A stretch of 63,329 bases of DNA, the filler included. It is 6 parts of 6 records of this genome, joined end to end, with 100 filler letters (N's around TTAATTAATTAA, not from the genome) between each part and the next. Parts side by side here need not be neighbours in the genome. Positions count along the whole stretch, not along the records: positions 34,755 to 52,824 come from SRR31156797_14498; positions 52,925 to 58,086 come from SRR31156797_14524; 4 more parts are not named here. One strand, written 5' to 3'. Numbering within the stretch: position 1 is the first letter of the stretch; each line of letters starts with the position of its first letter. Shown one piece after another: positions 47,926 to 57,331 of the stretch. The position numbers were made by a program, and so were the translations under genes. Under the pieces are notes generated by a model. The model saw only the letters and a program-made list of their open reading frames with translations. It searched no databases and was not told the origin of the DNA.

Positions 47926-48636
47926 CTATTCATTATCGCTTTCCATACCGTGTTTCTTCATCACACCATCAATGACATAGCAGTAAACCAGGCATATGAG
48001 GTTATAAAGGGTAAGGAGAAAAATTGCGGAATAAAAATAGTGAAAAGGAAAACCAAACAATTTGCTATCTGTCAAAAAAGATTGAAAATGGATGAGGTAC
48101 TTCTCCATTATAGCTGGGATTTCCGGTGCCGTCGTCGTCAGGGCAGCTCCTTCCATAGGTACTAGGGCAAAGGGCACCACGCCCTTGAGCACTATGTCGT
48201 CCTCAATCCCTAACGCTTTGACAACATTGCCAACATTGGCAATACCTTTATCAGTTGTTGCTGTAAGGGTTGCAGCTTTGAAAGCCTCTCTTTCTGCTGC
48301 AGGAAGCACATCATACACTGTTGCCGTAAAAGCCCCTTTCAAGACATCATTTTTCTGCAGGGCAATTGATTTACCGATTAATCCCAGATAGACCTTGGCA
48401 ATATTCACCTTGTCCTCTGCAGTAGCAGTGCCGTCTGCCAACTTAGGATACACCTGCTCATAGGTCAAATACCCAGGCTCAGGAGTTCTCTTTTCGATCA
48501 CTTTCATGAAAATATGAAAGCCAAAGGTACATACTGCCCAAATGGTAATACCGATGGTAATGATGCGAACATTCTCTTTTAAAAATGCTGTTCTCGGCTT
48601 AAAAAAATTAATGTCATAATTAGTTGTTCCGTCCAT
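47926..48636 (-). CDS. DUF4212-type SSS symporter small subunit, extended form
   Basis: NFFKP..ENVRII..IWAVCTFG and FLTD..FGFPFHY motifs; immediately upstream of actP; AGGAGG RBS. Confidence 0.75.
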   Translation of the reverse strand: MDGTTNYDINFFKPRTAFLKENVRIITIGITIWAVCTFGFHIFMKVIEKRTPEPGYLTYEQVYPKLADGTATAEDKVNIAKVYLGLIGKSIALQKNDVLKGAFTATVYDVLPAAEREAFKAATLTATTDKGIANVGNVVKALGIEDDIVLKGVVPFALVPMEGAALTTTAPEIPAIMEKYLIHFQSFLTDSKLFGFPFHYFYSAIFLLTLYNLICLVYCYVIDGVMKKHGMESDNE

Positions 48637-49272
48637 CAATCTCCTCCTAAAGTGTTGATGTGTTTCACTCTCTGCATACTATTGATTACACGTTGGATTA
48701 ATCAAAGAAGGGCAAAAGAGTAATAATGCCGGAAGTCGGGCATGAGAAGCCACCGGATCGAAGAACGAAGCAATGAGCCCCTATAACCGCTATGTATCGC
48801 AAAATTGTCCAGTGAAAAGCACATGCGGAATGCATGTGCATCGAAGAATACATCCTATTGAACCCTCCTTGATGAAGTGTTGTTGATAGGACAGGAACCC
48901 TTAAAGACGGGATGGAATAAAAATTCGGAAAGTCGGAATAACCACCAGGTAAATTTTTTTGGTATAGAATCTTTTGAGACCCCAAAATTAACTGGTGACC
49001 ATGCCCAACATATACTGAATTATATCCCCATTAAAGGAACCTCAGTGCCATTGGTGTATTCCCTATACCAAATATTTTCAACCACAGTCAAGACATGTTT
49101 TATTTTTCTTCAGCTTGAAAAGTAAAATAAAAGGTGATCTTCTCCATATATCTGGACTCGGAGAAGAGTCGCACCGTCGCATTTAGGAGACCCAATTTCC
49201 GCCGACTGGGAGAACGAAGCTGGCTGCGAACGGCGCAATATTGCTCAAAGAGATAAGAGTTGAGACAACCTG

Positions 49273-49941
49273 TCAATAGAAGCCTTCGCTGTAAATATTT
49301 GCATCAGGGAATCGATTATCGATCACATGGGTGGCTTCCCTGATCATGTCCCACTTGCCGCAAAGATAGAAATCATAGGTCCCTTGAGGGAGTGATTGTT
49401 CGATATAGGTGGTCACATATCCGGTATACCACCCATTTCCGGTATCGCCTTGACCGGATTGCCCTGAAAGGCAGCGGATGTAAAAAGGTACAGTATCGAT
49501 AAAAGTATCTTGGTAGTAAAGATTTTCAAGGTCTCGAGCCCCATGGAGAAGGTAGTCGACCTCTTTCCCACTTGCAACCATGGACACAAAAGGGGCTATT
49601 CCAGTTCCAGTCGCTACAAATACTCGCGGTCTTTCTGTTACCCGCGGCACAAGGTAACCGCGGGGTTTGTTGATCACAATCGTACTCTCAATCGATTGAG
49701 TTGCCAGCGCTATACTAACAGCTCCCTCGGGTATTCTTTTTATCAGAAACGACAGACTGCTACTCTTCTCAGATGAAACAATGGTGTAATAGCGTTCCTC
49801 ACCAGCGACACCCAGACTGACATGCTGTCCACAGCGAAACGCAAACCCTTCAGGACGGGTGCAGTTGAGTTCATACACCTCAGGGGTCAACCAATTGCGA
49901 CCAGTCAAAACAACCGATAATCGCCCCTGGCAATTGTTCAT
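49273..49941 (-). CDS. FAD/NAD(P)-binding oxidoreductase (ferredoxin-NADP reductase family)
   Basis: RYYTIVS, GAVS, VATGTGIAPF, FYLCG, terminal EGFY; ATGA overlap with pduO. Confidence 0.88.
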   Translation of the reverse strand: MNNCQGRLSVVLTGRNWLTPEVYELNCTRPEGFAFRCGQHVSLGVAGEERYYTIVSSEKSSSLSFLIKRIPEGAVSIALATQSIESTIVINKPRGYLVPRVTERPRVFVATGTGIAPFVSMVASGKEVDYLLHGARDLENLYYQDTFIDTVPFYIRCLSGQSGQGDTGNGWYTGYVTTYIEQSLPQGTYDFYLCGKWDMIREATHVIDNRFPDANIYSEGFY

Positions 49942-50510
49942 GGCTGCTGCCATGCCTGATCTGGAGTGTTACTCACTTTGTTTACATATCTTGCCACAAC
50001 GAAAAGGTAGTCAGAGAGTCTGTTGAGATAGACCAGTACGTTTTCCAATGTGCCGTCTTCGGCATCAGTTTGAATTTCGATATTAAGTTGCGTTACCTTC
50101 CTCTCACATCGCCTGCACACAGTACGAGCAATATGAGCCCAGGAGGCTGTCGTAGATCCACCTGGCAGGATAAATTCTTTGAGCGCAGGTAACTCCTCGG
50201 AGAGTTGATCAATACTTTGTTCAAGGTCAGTGATTACACTTGCTGGAATCTGTTCTAAAAATTCAGTGGCTGAAGAACCAGGGGTTGTAGCCAGCCATGC
50301 ACCGGCTTGAAATAGTCGTGCCTGAATGTGTAACAACTCGTCCCTCACATGATCGGTACCATCCGGCAACATTGAGATAAGTGCACCGATGACGGAGTTA
50401 AGCTCATCCAAATCTCCGTAGGCATCGATGCGCAGACTGTGCTTGGCTACTCTTTCACCAGAAAACAAGCTTGTTTTACCCTTATCACCGCCACCTGTGT
50501 ACACCTTCAT
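49938..50510 (-). CDS. pduO: ATP:cob(I)alamin adenosyltransferase, PduO type
   Basis: KVYTGGGDKGKTSL, AYGDLDELNS, FILPGG, RTVCRRCER, LNRLSDYLF. Confidence 0.93.
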   Translation of the reverse strand: MKVYTGGGDKGKTSLFSGERVAKHSLRIDAYGDLDELNSVIGALISMLPDGTDHVRDELLHIQARLFQAGAWLATTPGSSATEFLEQIPASVITDLEQSIDQLSEELPALKEFILPGGSTTASWAHIARTVCRRCERKVTQLNIEIQTDAEDGTLENVLVYLNRLSDYLFVVARYVNKVSNTPDQAWQQP

Positions 50511-50950
50511 CTTACTCTCCTTTTTTATGAATCCTCATAAACAGACAGAACCTGATTTTTTGACACTTACTTGCAGTAAAGACATCAACAATTTAAGACA
50601 ATTAGATATGATCAGTTTTGACAAATGCCAAACCATTACCACATTCGATGACAGGTAATCATCTAAAATGATATTTCAAAATCATTTTTTTTGTCTTGTT
50701 GAGTGGAACGATGGTCATTTTTTTTACGTTTCAACCGAATAATTGGCGAAAACTGTCAAGACGAGGTACCGCTTTACATCTTCAAACCAAAAATCATTGA
50801 ATTAACAGCACTATACCCTATAAAGACGTTGTCAAAACTCAACACTTTCAAACAAACTGCATCTTTTCATAAAAAATATAGATAGGAAGGGCTTAGTTTT
50901 TTTAACTTCTTATTATAACGTGGAATGGTCAAAAAAAACATTGAGGGATA

Positions 50951-51147
50951 ACAAGAGGTTCTTTATTTTTAAGTTGACAAATAGTTCAACTTCAAATAGG
51001 AAATTTCTATTCGGAAAATTTAACTCGTGGGGTGCGGGAGTTTTCCAGCTAAGAACACCGGAAAAAAGCCGGCGTTAGTCAAAACTCTTTTTTGCATTTA
51101 TCCACAGGCCGTCAGGCGATGATACAAGAGGTATTTTATTTTTAGTT
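50951..51147 (+). promoter_or_regulatory. Duplicated upstream element and palindrome-overlapped -35 box before the CoA-transferase operon
   Basis: ACAAGAGGTTCTTTATTTTTAAGTT (50951) and ACAAGAGGTATTTTATTTTTAGTT (51124); AAGTTGA-N8-TCAACTT (50971-50992) contains TTGACA. Confidence 0.45.
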
Positions 51148-51465
51148 AATTACATTGCAGATTCTGGCTTAAGCTTTTACGTGCGATAATAATCTACTTT
51201 TTGTTGATGACCTGCCATTACTCGGTCATTAGAACGAAGGACGAGGGAGCATCTGAAAAGAAGTGGCTGAATGTTTAATCACAAAATCTACTACCGGCGC
51301 AGACCCATTGTTGCCGATCAAGTCTCTTAAAGGGCCAATTCATTAACCACCTTTTTACAGGTGCAGTTATTGTATTGGCTTTTTTTTTGTGCAGAGGGGG
51401 CCGAAGGAACATCTTGTTTTTTCGGAGTTATAACAAAGCTTGATAGACAGGAAGAGGTAGAAAAA

Positions 51466-52482
51466 TTGGAAAATAACGCTGAAATGTATTGGACAGGTTT
51501 ATCTCCCGACGAAGCAAGGGAAGCACTTGTCAATAAAGACAAGTCCATGAAGGACAAGCGGATGACGCTGAAAGAAGCGGTGAGCCAATTTATCAAGGAC
51601 GGCGACAATGTAGGTATCGGCGGCTTTGTTAACATCCGTACACCTATTGCTATTACGCATGAAATGGTGCGTCACGGCTTTAAAGATCTTACCCTCTCCT
51701 GGCAGTCAATCGGACTGACTGGTGACTATCTTGCCGGTGCAATGATGGTCAAGCCAGATCATTTTTCCATCAAGCGCGTTGAGCTCGCTTACTGGGCCCA
51801 TGAGTCTTTCGGTCTGTCCCCCATGTTCCGTTATCTTGCAGAACGCGGCATGATAGAAATTGAAGACTGGAGTAACTATAACATGTCCGCCAGATTTAAA
51901 GCTGGTGCCATGGGATTGCCTTTTATCCCAAGCCGTGGACCTCTTGGCGGTGACATCGCTTCAAGTAACAGAACGAAAATCATGGACTGCCCATTTACAG
52001 GTCGTCCCATTGCTCTGCTTCCTGCTTCTAATCCTAATGTGGGTATTATCCACGTTAATGCAGCTGATAAATATGGTAACTGTATCATTCGTGGAACAGA
52101 CGCTACCTGTGCGGAAATTGCCATGGCTTCAGCACATACTATCGTCACCTGTGAACAACTCGTTGACCACGAGTTGGTCACCCGCAATCCAAAAGATGTT
52201 AAAATCCCGTTTGCAGCAGTAGACGCTGTTATTGAAGTACCTTTTGGAGCATATCCTGGGGCTTGCCGTCGTCACTACTACTTTGGCGGCGACCATATCC
52301 GCGCCTTCCATGCGGGTGCGGCTGCAATGTGTAAGGCTGGTACACCTGATACCCTGAAGGCCTATTATGATGAAAACATCTTTGGTGTAGAAACCTTTGA
52401 AGAATTCATCGCGAAGTTCCCGGTTCAACAATTGATGGCAGATCAGAAAGCCGAGGCTTTCAACTGCGAACGACTGGCCTGA
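51466..52482 (+). CDS. Family I CoA-transferase alpha subunit (glutaconate CoA-transferase GctA-like)
   Basis: LKEAVSQFIKDGD..GGF, AGAMGLPFIP, CPFTG, IIHV..ADKYGN, PFGAYP; TTG start with GAGG RBS. Confidence 0.88.
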   Translation: MENNAEMYWTGLSPDEAREALVNKDKSMKDKRMTLKEAVSQFIKDGDNVGIGGFVNIRTPIAITHEMVRHGFKDLTLSWQSIGLTGDYLAGAMMVKPDHFSIKRVELAYWAHESFGLSPMFRYLAERGMIEIEDWSNYNMSARFKAGAMGLPFIPSRGPLGGDIASSNRTKIMDCPFTGRPIALLPASNPNVGIIHVNAADKYGNCIIRGTDATCAEIAMASAHTIVTCEQLVDHELVTRNPKDVKIPFAAVDAVIEVPFGAYPGACRRHYYFGGDHIRAFHAGAAAMCKAGTPDTLKAYYDENIFGVETFEEFIAKFPVQQLMADQKAEAFNCERLA

Positions 52483-52538
52483 TCCCATTTTAAACATTTA
52501 ATCGGAAACTCTCGTAAATTAATAGACAAGGAGTCATC

Positions 52539-52824
52539 ATGACAGCTTCTACTGACTATACCGCCCAGGAAATCATTGTTGCGGCGGGTGCAAAAGTATT
52601 GGAAGATAATAAAATCGTGTTTGTAGGTACCGGCCTGCCCATGGTCGCCGCCCTGCTTGCTAAATTGACCCATGCCTCTGGCCTGATCCCTGTTTTTGAG
52701 GCTGGTGCAGTAGGTCCTCCTCTGAGCGTTGGTTTGCCAATTTCCGTTGGCGATTCAAAGACGTTTACTGGCGCTTCTTTTGTTGGCGGTTTGAACGCAG
52801 CGTTTGAATTGACACAGCGTGGTT
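52539..52824 (+). CDS. Family I CoA-transferase beta subunit (GctB-like), truncated by contig end
   Basis: YTAQE, VFVGTGLP, FEAG; AAGGAG RBS. Confidence 0.85.
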
Positions 52825-52924
52825 NNNNNNNNNNNNNNNNNNNNNNNNNNNNNNNNNNNNNNNNNNNNTTAATTAATTAANNNNNNNNNNNNNNNNNNNN
52901 NNNNNNNNNNNNNNNNNNNNNNNN
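52825..52924. other. Artificial contig spacer
   Basis: N44-TTAATTAATTAA-N44. Confidence 0.98.
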
Positions 52925-52959
52925 TGGCTGCTCGGGGCAAGATAATCCTCCACTTAAAC

Positions 52960-52999
52960 TTAACAATGTTAAATTAACACTGTTATCTTATATTGTCAA
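52960..52999 (-). promoter_or_regulatory. Sigma70 promoter overlapped by two tandem palindromic operators
   Basis: Minus-strand TTGACA (52999-52994), 17 bp, TAATTT (52976-52971); TTAACA-A-TGTTAA (52960) and TTAACA-C-TGTTAT (52974); GGAGG RBS and TTG start at 52940 (MPRAA..., truncated). Confidence 0.6.
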
Positions 53000-53312
53000 G
53001 CTCAGATTCTCAAGGGTCCTCGCATTCAACTCCTGCCTGGAAGGTCGGATGACAGATTTTGCACTTTTATACCTCATGACGCAGTCCCTCCGCTTCCCGC
53101 ATCTGTCATTCAGCAAGACCCGAATAATTATTTGTGATATCCTCACTCAGATATGAACGTAAAAAGGAAACTTGAGCTTATCGGCTGGTGCTCTTTTACC
53201 TTGGGCAGCCTTCTTTTTCTTATAGAGAATATGCGCTCAGCCAACTGGATGGGAGCACTCGGCAGTCTTATTTTTCTATTGGGATGTGTTGCTTTTCTTT
53301 GGGGAGAGAGGC

Positions 53313-53960
53313 ATGCCTGACATGATTACAAATGAGCTTGTCATCGCTTTGTCCCTGGCCACAGTCCTGACTAACGAAACCCTTCGCTTTATCAGAAACA
53401 GAAAAACCGTGAAGATCGGGGACAGGAGATTCCGGGTCATCGATGATCACTCCGTCTACCGCTATTATTTTCCCAATGCGGGACAGGTCCTGGTATCTTT
53501 TACCATTCCCCTTTTCTTGACAGCATCCGCGGCTCTTTCGGATCATGCAGGCATGGATTTTCTGTCCGTAACCTGGTTGATGCCCTGCTTTGCCCTGACG
53601 GTCATCTACCTTTCTCTCTTTACCCGTCTCTTTAAGGTTAAGGCTGTTATTGATCGAAAAGAGAAAACTGTCAGCTCCTCACTGCTTTTCAATCTCAGAA
53701 AGATATCCGAACCGGCATCTTCCATTGCTGTGGAGACAGTGAATGAGCATGGGGACCGCATGCTGCCCTACGAGGACAAGACCAGACAGATTGTTTGTTA
53801 CAGGGAGGGGAAAAACGGCATACGGAAAAGGCACTGTTTCTTCGCAGTCAATGTAACTGAGACGGTTTTTTTCAGGGATTTTTACGAATACCTTTACCAG
53901 AGGAGAGACCGTAAGCGAAACAGCGGTAATCCAGATTCGCAAGCAGGAGAGAAGCTCTAA
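53313..53960 (+). CDS. Hypothetical membrane protein
   Basis: Three hydrophobic segments; ATG at 53313 after a GA-rich RBS; no recognisable motif. Confidence 0.6.
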   Translation: MPDMITNELVIALSLATVLTNETLRFIRNRKTVKIGDRRFRVIDDHSVYRYYFPNAGQVLVSFTIPLFLTASAALSDHAGMDFLSVTWLMPCFALTVIYLSLFTRLFKVKAVIDRKEKTVSSSLLFNLRKISEPASSIAVETVNEHGDRMLPYEDKTRQIVCYREGKNGIRKRHCFFAVNVTETVFFRDFYEYLYQRRDRKRNSGNPDSQAGEKL

Positions 53961-54198
53961 AGGATCGGATCCGTATCGGAAGGCATGTATCAAAGGGGAG
54001 GAGATCTGTGAGCATTGCCGGAGACTCTGCGCAAATGAGACGGGAAGTTTTCATATGATTATGGAAAGTTACGACTTTCACCAGTATGATTATTAAGGAA
54101 TACCGCTAAGAAATGAAAACGATAAGAGCAATCTATGAAAAAAAGATAAAGGAACTGGCTCATCAGCTCTGGTAGAAAACAATTGATTGAGGGACGTC

Positions 54199-55062
54199 AT
54201 GGAAAAGAGAAAATACGGTAAGACGGACATTGAGCTTTCTGTGGTAGGATTCGGCGGAATAAGAGTCATGAATGAAACTGCTGCCGAGGCAGATCGGGCT
54301 GTGGCCATGGCAATTGACAGGGGCATAAATTATTTTGATGTGGCACCGAACTATGGGAATGCGCAGAATATGCTTGGACCGGCCCTTGTTCCTTACCGTA
54401 AAGATGTGTTTCTCGCATGTAAAACCTCATTGAGAGATGCAGCTGGAGCGCAGCGGGAACTGGAACAGTCATTAAAGTTGCTTCGGACCGATCGCTTCGA
54501 TTTGCATCAGCTTCACGCTGTCGCCACCAGAGAAGATGTCGAACGGATCCTCGCACCGGGCGGTGCATTGGAAACGCTTGTAAAAGCTAAGGAGAAAGGA
54601 GATGTCCGCTTTCTCGGATTCTCCGCCCATAGCGAGGAGGCTGCCCTCTCGTTGATGGATGCCTATGATTTTGACTCAATACTCTTTCCCGTGAACTGGG
54701 CCACCTGGTTTGCCGGTGCTTTCGGGCAACTCGTCCTGCCGCGGGCAAGGGAAAAGGGTGTGGCCGTTCTCGCTCTGAAAGCCCTTGCGAAGCATGCTGT
54801 GCCCGATGGACGGAAGAGCCCGTCTGAGAAGACATGGTATTGGCCTGTCGAATCCTATGCAGAGGCTCTGAGGGGGTTGCGGTTTACCCTGAGTCAGGAA
54901 GGGGTAACAGCGGCTGTCAGCCCCGGCGACACCCGTTTGTTCGAATGGATGCTTCAGGCCGTGGAAGAATATTCACCGATGAGTATGGAAGAACTTGCTG
55001 AACTTGAAAAATCAGCATCCGATCTTCCGCTTATTTTCGATGCGCGCAATTCTCAATGGTAA
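54199..55062 (+). CDS. Aldo/keto reductase
   Basis: LSVVGFGG, GINYFDVAPNYG, FLACKT, LEQSLKLLRTDRFDLHQLHA, LGFSAH. Confidence 0.93.
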   Translation: MEKRKYGKTDIELSVVGFGGIRVMNETAAEADRAVAMAIDRGINYFDVAPNYGNAQNMLGPALVPYRKDVFLACKTSLRDAAGAQRELEQSLKLLRTDRFDLHQLHAVATREDVERILAPGGALETLVKAKEKGDVRFLGFSAHSEEAALSLMDAYDFDSILFPVNWATWFAGAFGQLVLPRAREKGVAVLALKALAKHAVPDGRKSPSEKTWYWPVESYAEALRGLRFTLSQEGVTAAVSPGDTRLFEWMLQAVEEYSPMSMEELAELEKSASDLPLIFDARNSQW

Positions 55063-55104
55063 CAGTTTTTCAGAAAATAAGATCCGCCTTCAGCACATAA
55101 TAAA

Positions 55105-55154
55105 GCCCTTCGTTCCGTCTATCCATGGCTGGTAAGATATTCGGAACGAAGGGC
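55105..55154. terminator. Inverted repeat between convergent genes (probable terminator)
   Basis: GCCCTTCGTTCCG (55105-55117) / CGGAACGAAGGGC (55142-55154); T-rich tail on the minus strand. Confidence 0.65.
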
Positions 55155-55175
55155 AAAAGCATTTCCTGTTATGAA

Positions 55176-55856
55176 CTAGTCAGGTGTTCCTCCGGGAAGA
55201 ACAGCCTCGGTTGCATCGTCAACCTTTCCGGCAAAATGAGTATTGAATATTGCTTCATTTGAGGAATCTGAGAACTCAATATAACCGTCACTTCCCACGG
55301 TAGCACCTGAGATATCAGAATCTGACAAAGTGCTGAGCCAGTCATCCGGGTTCAATATGAGTTCGAGATCATAGCTACTGCCCTCTAAAACGATCAAAGT
55401 CCCCGCTACGGCTTCAAATTCCTCACCCATATGAAACTTGATCCTGATAAGGCGTTCTTCCCAGATTCCCTCAAGCAGAATACTGGGAGTGACACTGTCA
55501 TCAGACAATTCGATGTCCAGTTCAATGTCTTTGTATGTTCCCGGTTCCAGGACAAAAGCGGGGAGGCTGGGAGAGGCGTCTCCCGTGATCAAGTCAATCG
55601 TGCTTACGATCGGCTCTTCATAGTTGAAATGTCCGTTGGGTCCATCGTATTCAAGTTCTACCTCAATAACTCTCACCTCGGCCTTGGTCCAGACCGGCAG
55701 GTTTGTCAGTGCCCGGCCATTGGATGTGGGATGCAGTTTAGCCGTAACCGTGACATCGGGCGTGTCGTCAGAAGAGCCTCCCATGTCACAACTGACAAAG
55801 GATATAATCATTAAAAGTGCTGACAGTGCTACCAATCCATATCGTGTTCTTTCCAT
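55176..55856 (-). CDS. Acidic lipoprotein, DUF4382-like
   Basis: Lipobox FVSC; VRVIEVEL..IDL..LEPGTYKDIEL pattern. Confidence 0.65.
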   Translation of the reverse strand: MERTRYGLVALSALLMIISFVSCDMGGSSDDTPDVTVTAKLHPTSNGRALTNLPVWTKAEVRVIEVELEYDGPNGHFNYEEPIVSTIDLITGDASPSLPAFVLEPGTYKDIELDIELSDDSVTPSILLEGIWEERLIRIKFHMGEEFEAVAGTLIVLEGSSYDLELILNPDDWLSTLSDSDISGATVGSDGYIEFSDSSNEAIFNTHFAGKVDDATEAVLPGGTPD

Positions 55857-55966
55857 TACGTTGTTGTACCTCCAAAAACGTTATGTTTTCTTTATGGACT
55901 CCAATATACAGATCAATCTTGTCAGAAATATGCCATTTGGAAAGAAGTAGAAAACGGTGTGACAAG

Positions 55967-57331
55967 TTAGGACGGAAGAGGCAGGGAAAAGGTGAAAGTG
56001 CTGCCCTGACCAGCTGTTGATTCAACGGAGACAGTCCCCCGATGCATCTCCACTGTGGTTTGTACAATGGAAAGCCCCAGGCCCCGGCCTCCCGTAGTTC
56101 TGTTTCTGGAATCCTCCAGGCGGTAAAATCTCTCGAAAATGCCTGAGATCTCCTCCTCGGGGATTCCCGGCCCCTGATCGGACACCGAGACATGAACGTA
56201 ATGATCCCGTTTGTAAAGCCCTATGTTTATCTCCTCAGAATCCGGGGCGTACTTGATACTGTTTTCCAATAGATTGGATATGACCTGACCGATTCGGATC
56301 GGATCGAGTTCCATCGCCTCCAGATCCGGAGCTTTATTGCTGAATTTCAGCAATATGCCCATTCTCTCAGCTCTGAAAAACCAGCGCCCTACTTCTTCCT
56401 CAACGATGGCGGCAAGTGAGCAGGACCTCATATCCAATGAGATCTGACCGGCATCGGTTTCGGCGAGCCAATCCAGATCCTTTATCAGGCCGTTCAATTT
56501 TTCAATTTCCGTTATTATGCTCTCCAGTCCCTCTTCCTTATCGATCAACCCGTCTCTGATTCCCCGGGCATCGAGGCTGATTATATTGAGAGGCGTATTG
56601 ATTTCATGGGACAAATCGCTGACGAGCCTCTGGCGTAACTTCTTTTGTCTTTTCAAAGATTCAGACATGAGATTGAAAGAGCCTGTAAGCTCGAACAGCT
56701 CTGAGCTTATATGCTGATTCGGGATTTTAATCAGATTGCCCGATCGGATTTCCCGGGAGGCTTTTGTCAGTTTCGTCAGCGGAGAGGAAATGCGCTTAGA
56801 GATCAACGCCGCCGGCACGAGGGCAACCAGTATGGCACCCCATATTTGAAGAAACATGTTTTTGAAAGCCGAGAGAAGATACTCATTGGTTTTGCGCCGG
56901 AGATAGTCTTCATTGAGAAACAACTGCACGCTTCCCAGCGGACGCCCTGTGACGTAATCAGTGAGCTCAGCCGTTTTTCCTTCCACCAGCCGTGAATCGC
57001 TTCTGTTCATCAGTTCCGAAAAACTGTTGTATAAGGTCCGTCCGTCCTGATCTTCAATAACAACCCGCAGTGCCTTTCCGCCTTCAAATTCAGGCGTGGT
57101 CGTTGTCACATCCCTTACAGTCACAGCCAGGTTGTCCCAGCTCCCCTGTCTCGTGTAGAGCAGACTCAGGGTATTGGCGATGTTCGCTGTCTGGACTTCT
57201 GTCAGAAGCTCTGGAAGGCGGCGGGTCGTATTGAGGTATTCAACACCGAGCCCGAGCAGGAAGGACATGAAAATGATAAAGACGAAAGAGAGGGAGATGA
57301 GTGCGAAAAGGCTGGCTTTTATCCTTAGCAT
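55967..57331 (-). CDS. HAMP-domain sensor histidine kinase (BaeS-like)
   Basis: Two TMs, HAMP, LSHEINTPL H-box, NLLENSIKY, DQGPGI, FERFYR, GLGLSI. Confidence 0.93.
   Translation of the reverse strand: MLRIKASLFALISLSFVFIIFMSFLLGLGVEYLNTTRRLPELLTEVQTANIANTLSLLYTRQGSWDNLAVTVRDVTTTTPEFEGGKALRVVIEDQDGRTLYNSFSELMNRSDSRLVEGKTAELTDYVTGRPLGSVQLFLNEDYLRRKTNEYLLSAFKNMFLQIWGAILVALVPAALISKRISSPLTKLTKASREIRSGNLIKIPNQHISSELFELTGSFNLMSESLKRQKKLRQRLVSDLSHEINTPLNIISLDARGIRDGLIDKEEGLESIITEIEKLNGLIKDLDWLAETDAGQISLDMRSCSLAAIVEEEVGRWFFRAERMGILLKFSNKAPDLEAMELDPIRIGQVISNLLENSIKYAPDSEEINIGLYKRDHYVHVSVSDQGPGIPEEEISGIFERFYRLEDSRNRTTGGRGLGLSIVQTTVEMHRGTVSVESTAGQGSTFTFSLPLPS

Noticed and set aside
49035-49050. Sigma54 promoter TGGCAC-N5-TTCC upstream of the actP operon
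   Set aside because: The -12 element reads CC instead of the near-invariant GC
51376-51393. Sigma54 promoter TGGC...TGCA before the CoA-transferase
   Set aside because: GG-to-GC spacing is two bases too long
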